DNA of 64,000 bases, taken from assembly GCA_964106915.2 (NCBI GenBank), contig OZ066923.1. One strand, given 5' to 3'. Below are positions 61,815 through 64,000 of this stretch, piece by piece. The DNA is from Podarcis gaigeae. Its lineage: Eukaryota. Within the stretch, counting starts at the first letter, position 1. Each line of letters starts with the position of its first letter. A program made the translations under genes and the position numbers. A model generated the notes under the pieces. The model made no database searches. It was not told the DNA's origin and was given only the letters and a program-made list of their open reading frames with translations.

Positions 61815-62100
61815 GAGAGCCAGTGTGGTGTAGTGGTTAAGAGTGGTAGACTCGTAGTCTGGTGAACCGGGTTCGTATCTCCGCTCCTCCACATGCAGCT
61901 GCTGGGTGACCTTTGGCTAGTCACACTTCTCTGAAGTCTCTCAGTCCCACTCACCTCACAGTGTGTTTGTTGTGGGGGAGGAAGGGAAAGGAGAATGCTA
62001 GCCGCTTTGAGACTCCTTCCTGGTAGTGATAAAGCGGGATATCAAATCCAAACTCTTCTTCTTCTTCTTCTTCTTCTTCTTCTTCTTCTTCTTCTTCTTC
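61815..62100 (+). mobile_element. tRNA-derived SINE (Squam3/MIR-like) with (TTC)n tail
   Basis: A/B-box head; (TTC)n microsatellite tail at 62054-62100. Confidence 0.8.
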
Positions 62101-62668
62101 AGATTCCAGGGCAGTTCACAACAGAAAAATACAAAATGAGAATACAACTGCTCTCCACTGTTTTTTATTTTTCAAGCAGACTTGAACCACACAGCCCTAG
62201 AAGCAGAAGGCTCATTCAGACAAAGAACTGTGTTCTGTAAAGTAGGACACATGACCACCCTAAAGGGCCTATTTAGTGGTGGCTCCTTGACTGTGGAATG
62301 TTCTCCCAGGGATGCTTGCCTTAATGTCATTTTAGTTCCAGCTATAGTCTTTTTATTAATTCTTGTAAGCTTTTAAATCCTTTGGATGTTGCCTTTATGC
62401 TGCTTTGTGTTTTTAAAATTCATTTGACTGCTTTTATTCTGCATTTTTTAAATCTTGGGGCATTTGAATGTTCTTGGTTTGATTTATTTTATGGTGATTT
62501 AAACTTTTTTTTGCCAGCCACCCTGAGATGCTAACAATGTATAAACAAAACAAAACAAAACAAATGCTATTGTGAGCTAGCTCTGTGTTGCAGGTAAATA
62601 AGCATAGTAAAGCTACTTTTAAAAATAATAATAATGGTGGGACACATGACCAGAGTGAGACTAACAAC

Positions 62669-62847
62669 CAGTGCTTTTTTCCTGGGGGTACGCAGGGGTA
62701 CGCATACCCCTAAACATTTTGTGAATCTTTGTACTTTGTCCATTTACTGTATGTATTTATTCCAGTTTGAACTATAAAATGGTGATTTATTTTTTTAGTC
62801 AAAATGAGAGTACCCCTAAACATATTTTTGAAGAAAAAAAAGCACTG
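62669..62847. mobile_element. hAT-like MITE
   Basis: TIR CAGTGCTTTTTT; perfect 8-bp TSD CTAACAAC. Confidence 0.82.
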
Positions 62848-62885
62848 CTAACAACGGAACCTATACATGTCTATTCAGAAGTAAA

Positions 62886-63218
62886 AGGTAAAGGTAAAGG
62901 TATCCCTGCCCGTACGGGCCAGTCTTGACAGACTCTGGGGTTGTGCGCCCATCTCACTTAAGAGGCCAGGGGCCAGCGCTGTCCGGAGACACTTCCGGGT
63001 CACGTGGCCAGCGCACACGGAAACACCGTTTACCTTCCCGCTGGTAAGCGGTCCCTATTTATCTACTTGCACCCGGAGGTGCTTTCGAACTGCTAGGTTT
63101 GCAGGCTCTGGGACCGAGCAGCGGGAGCGCACCCCGCCGCAGGGATTCAAACCGCCGACCTTTCGATCGGCAAGTCCTAGGCGCTGAGGCTTTAACCCAC
63201 AGCGCCACCTGCGTCCCA
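62886..63218 (-). mobile_element. Sauria SINE, full length
   Basis: Minus-strand copy with TSD CTATTCAGAAGTAAA (62871-62885, 63219-63233), inserted in a small palindromic repeat. Confidence 0.9.
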
Positions 63219-64000
63219 CTATTCAGAAGTAAATTCCATTAATTTCAGTAGATTTTACTTCCAAGTATAAAGGTATGAAATTACACCTGAAGTTTACAAT
63301 TCTATGCACAACCTCCCTGGCTATAAAGCTGTTGCACACAGTAGGGTTTCTGAGTACCAAACATGCATACAACTATTCTGTGAGGCTGCTTTGTCCTCTT
63401 GGTGTAACAAATGTATATCAGGACTGGGGAGCCTGTGACCCTCCACGTGTTTTGGGACCCCAATTCCTATCAGCTCCAGCCAGCTGCCAGGGAAGATGGG
63501 CGCTGTGGTCCTCAACATCTGGAAGGCCACCTTTGATGAACATTTTAGGGGAATGTGCCCCGCTCATGACTTCCTTGTGGATTTATGTGCATTTTAGATG
63601 AGCATCCTCTTTGCTTGGAGCAAAATATAATATTAAATGTGGCACTTCAACCAAGTGCAAAACAGTGGGACATTTTTTTTAAAAATTGATGGATGATTAA
63701 TCCAAATATGCTTGGCTAGGTGTATTTTTGGGGTGGCGGTGGCTAGGAAATGAACAGAGGAAATGATGCTCTCAGCATCTTTGAAGAAAAGTAAAGCATT
63801 TTTTTAAATTAAAAAAATGGTATGTTCAGATCTGTTCCTCGTTGTTGCGGTTTTCAATTGTTCCCTTCTCAATGGGACTTCCCAACAGAGGGCACTGCCT
63901 TGGGTTATATGGTGCCAAGGAAGCATTTGCCAGAGAAGTACTGCTGAGTAGGAGTTATCCTTGAAAAAGGCTACCTTGTGGCATTGGGGAGATGTATATG

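Overview
Vertebrate genomic DNA, almost certainly from a squamate (Sauria SINEs, BovB, squamate-type L1, Penelope and MITE repeats; probably a lacertid lizard). It holds two convergent genes in the arrangement known from human 7q34. On +, the last four coding exons of thromboxane A synthase TBXAS1 (CYP5A1) lie at 19052-24386, and 1-19051 is the preceding large intron. On -, there is a complete 12-exon PARP12 (ATG 57958 to TAG 31731, 2004 nt CDS, 667 aa: five CCCH fingers, WWE region, H-Y-I mono-ADP-ribosyltransferase domain) with a CpG-island promoter and a tandem ISRE. The rest is dense with transposable elements. The most notable observations are: a young Penelope-like insertion carrying minimal hammerhead-ribozyme motifs in a perfect 134-bp inverted repeat; an L1 flanked by a 177-bp target duplication; a 5'-inverted (twin-priming-type) L1 in a non-mammal; a sense L1 inserted at an intronic poly(A)-signal cluster just after the PARP12 zinc-finger exons; and two inverted retroelement pairs bracketing PARP12 exon blocks. 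I found no clearly new multi-gene system. All coordinates were read by eye, and repeat family names come from recognition, not a database search. There are two assembly gaps (4577-4776, 53199-53327).
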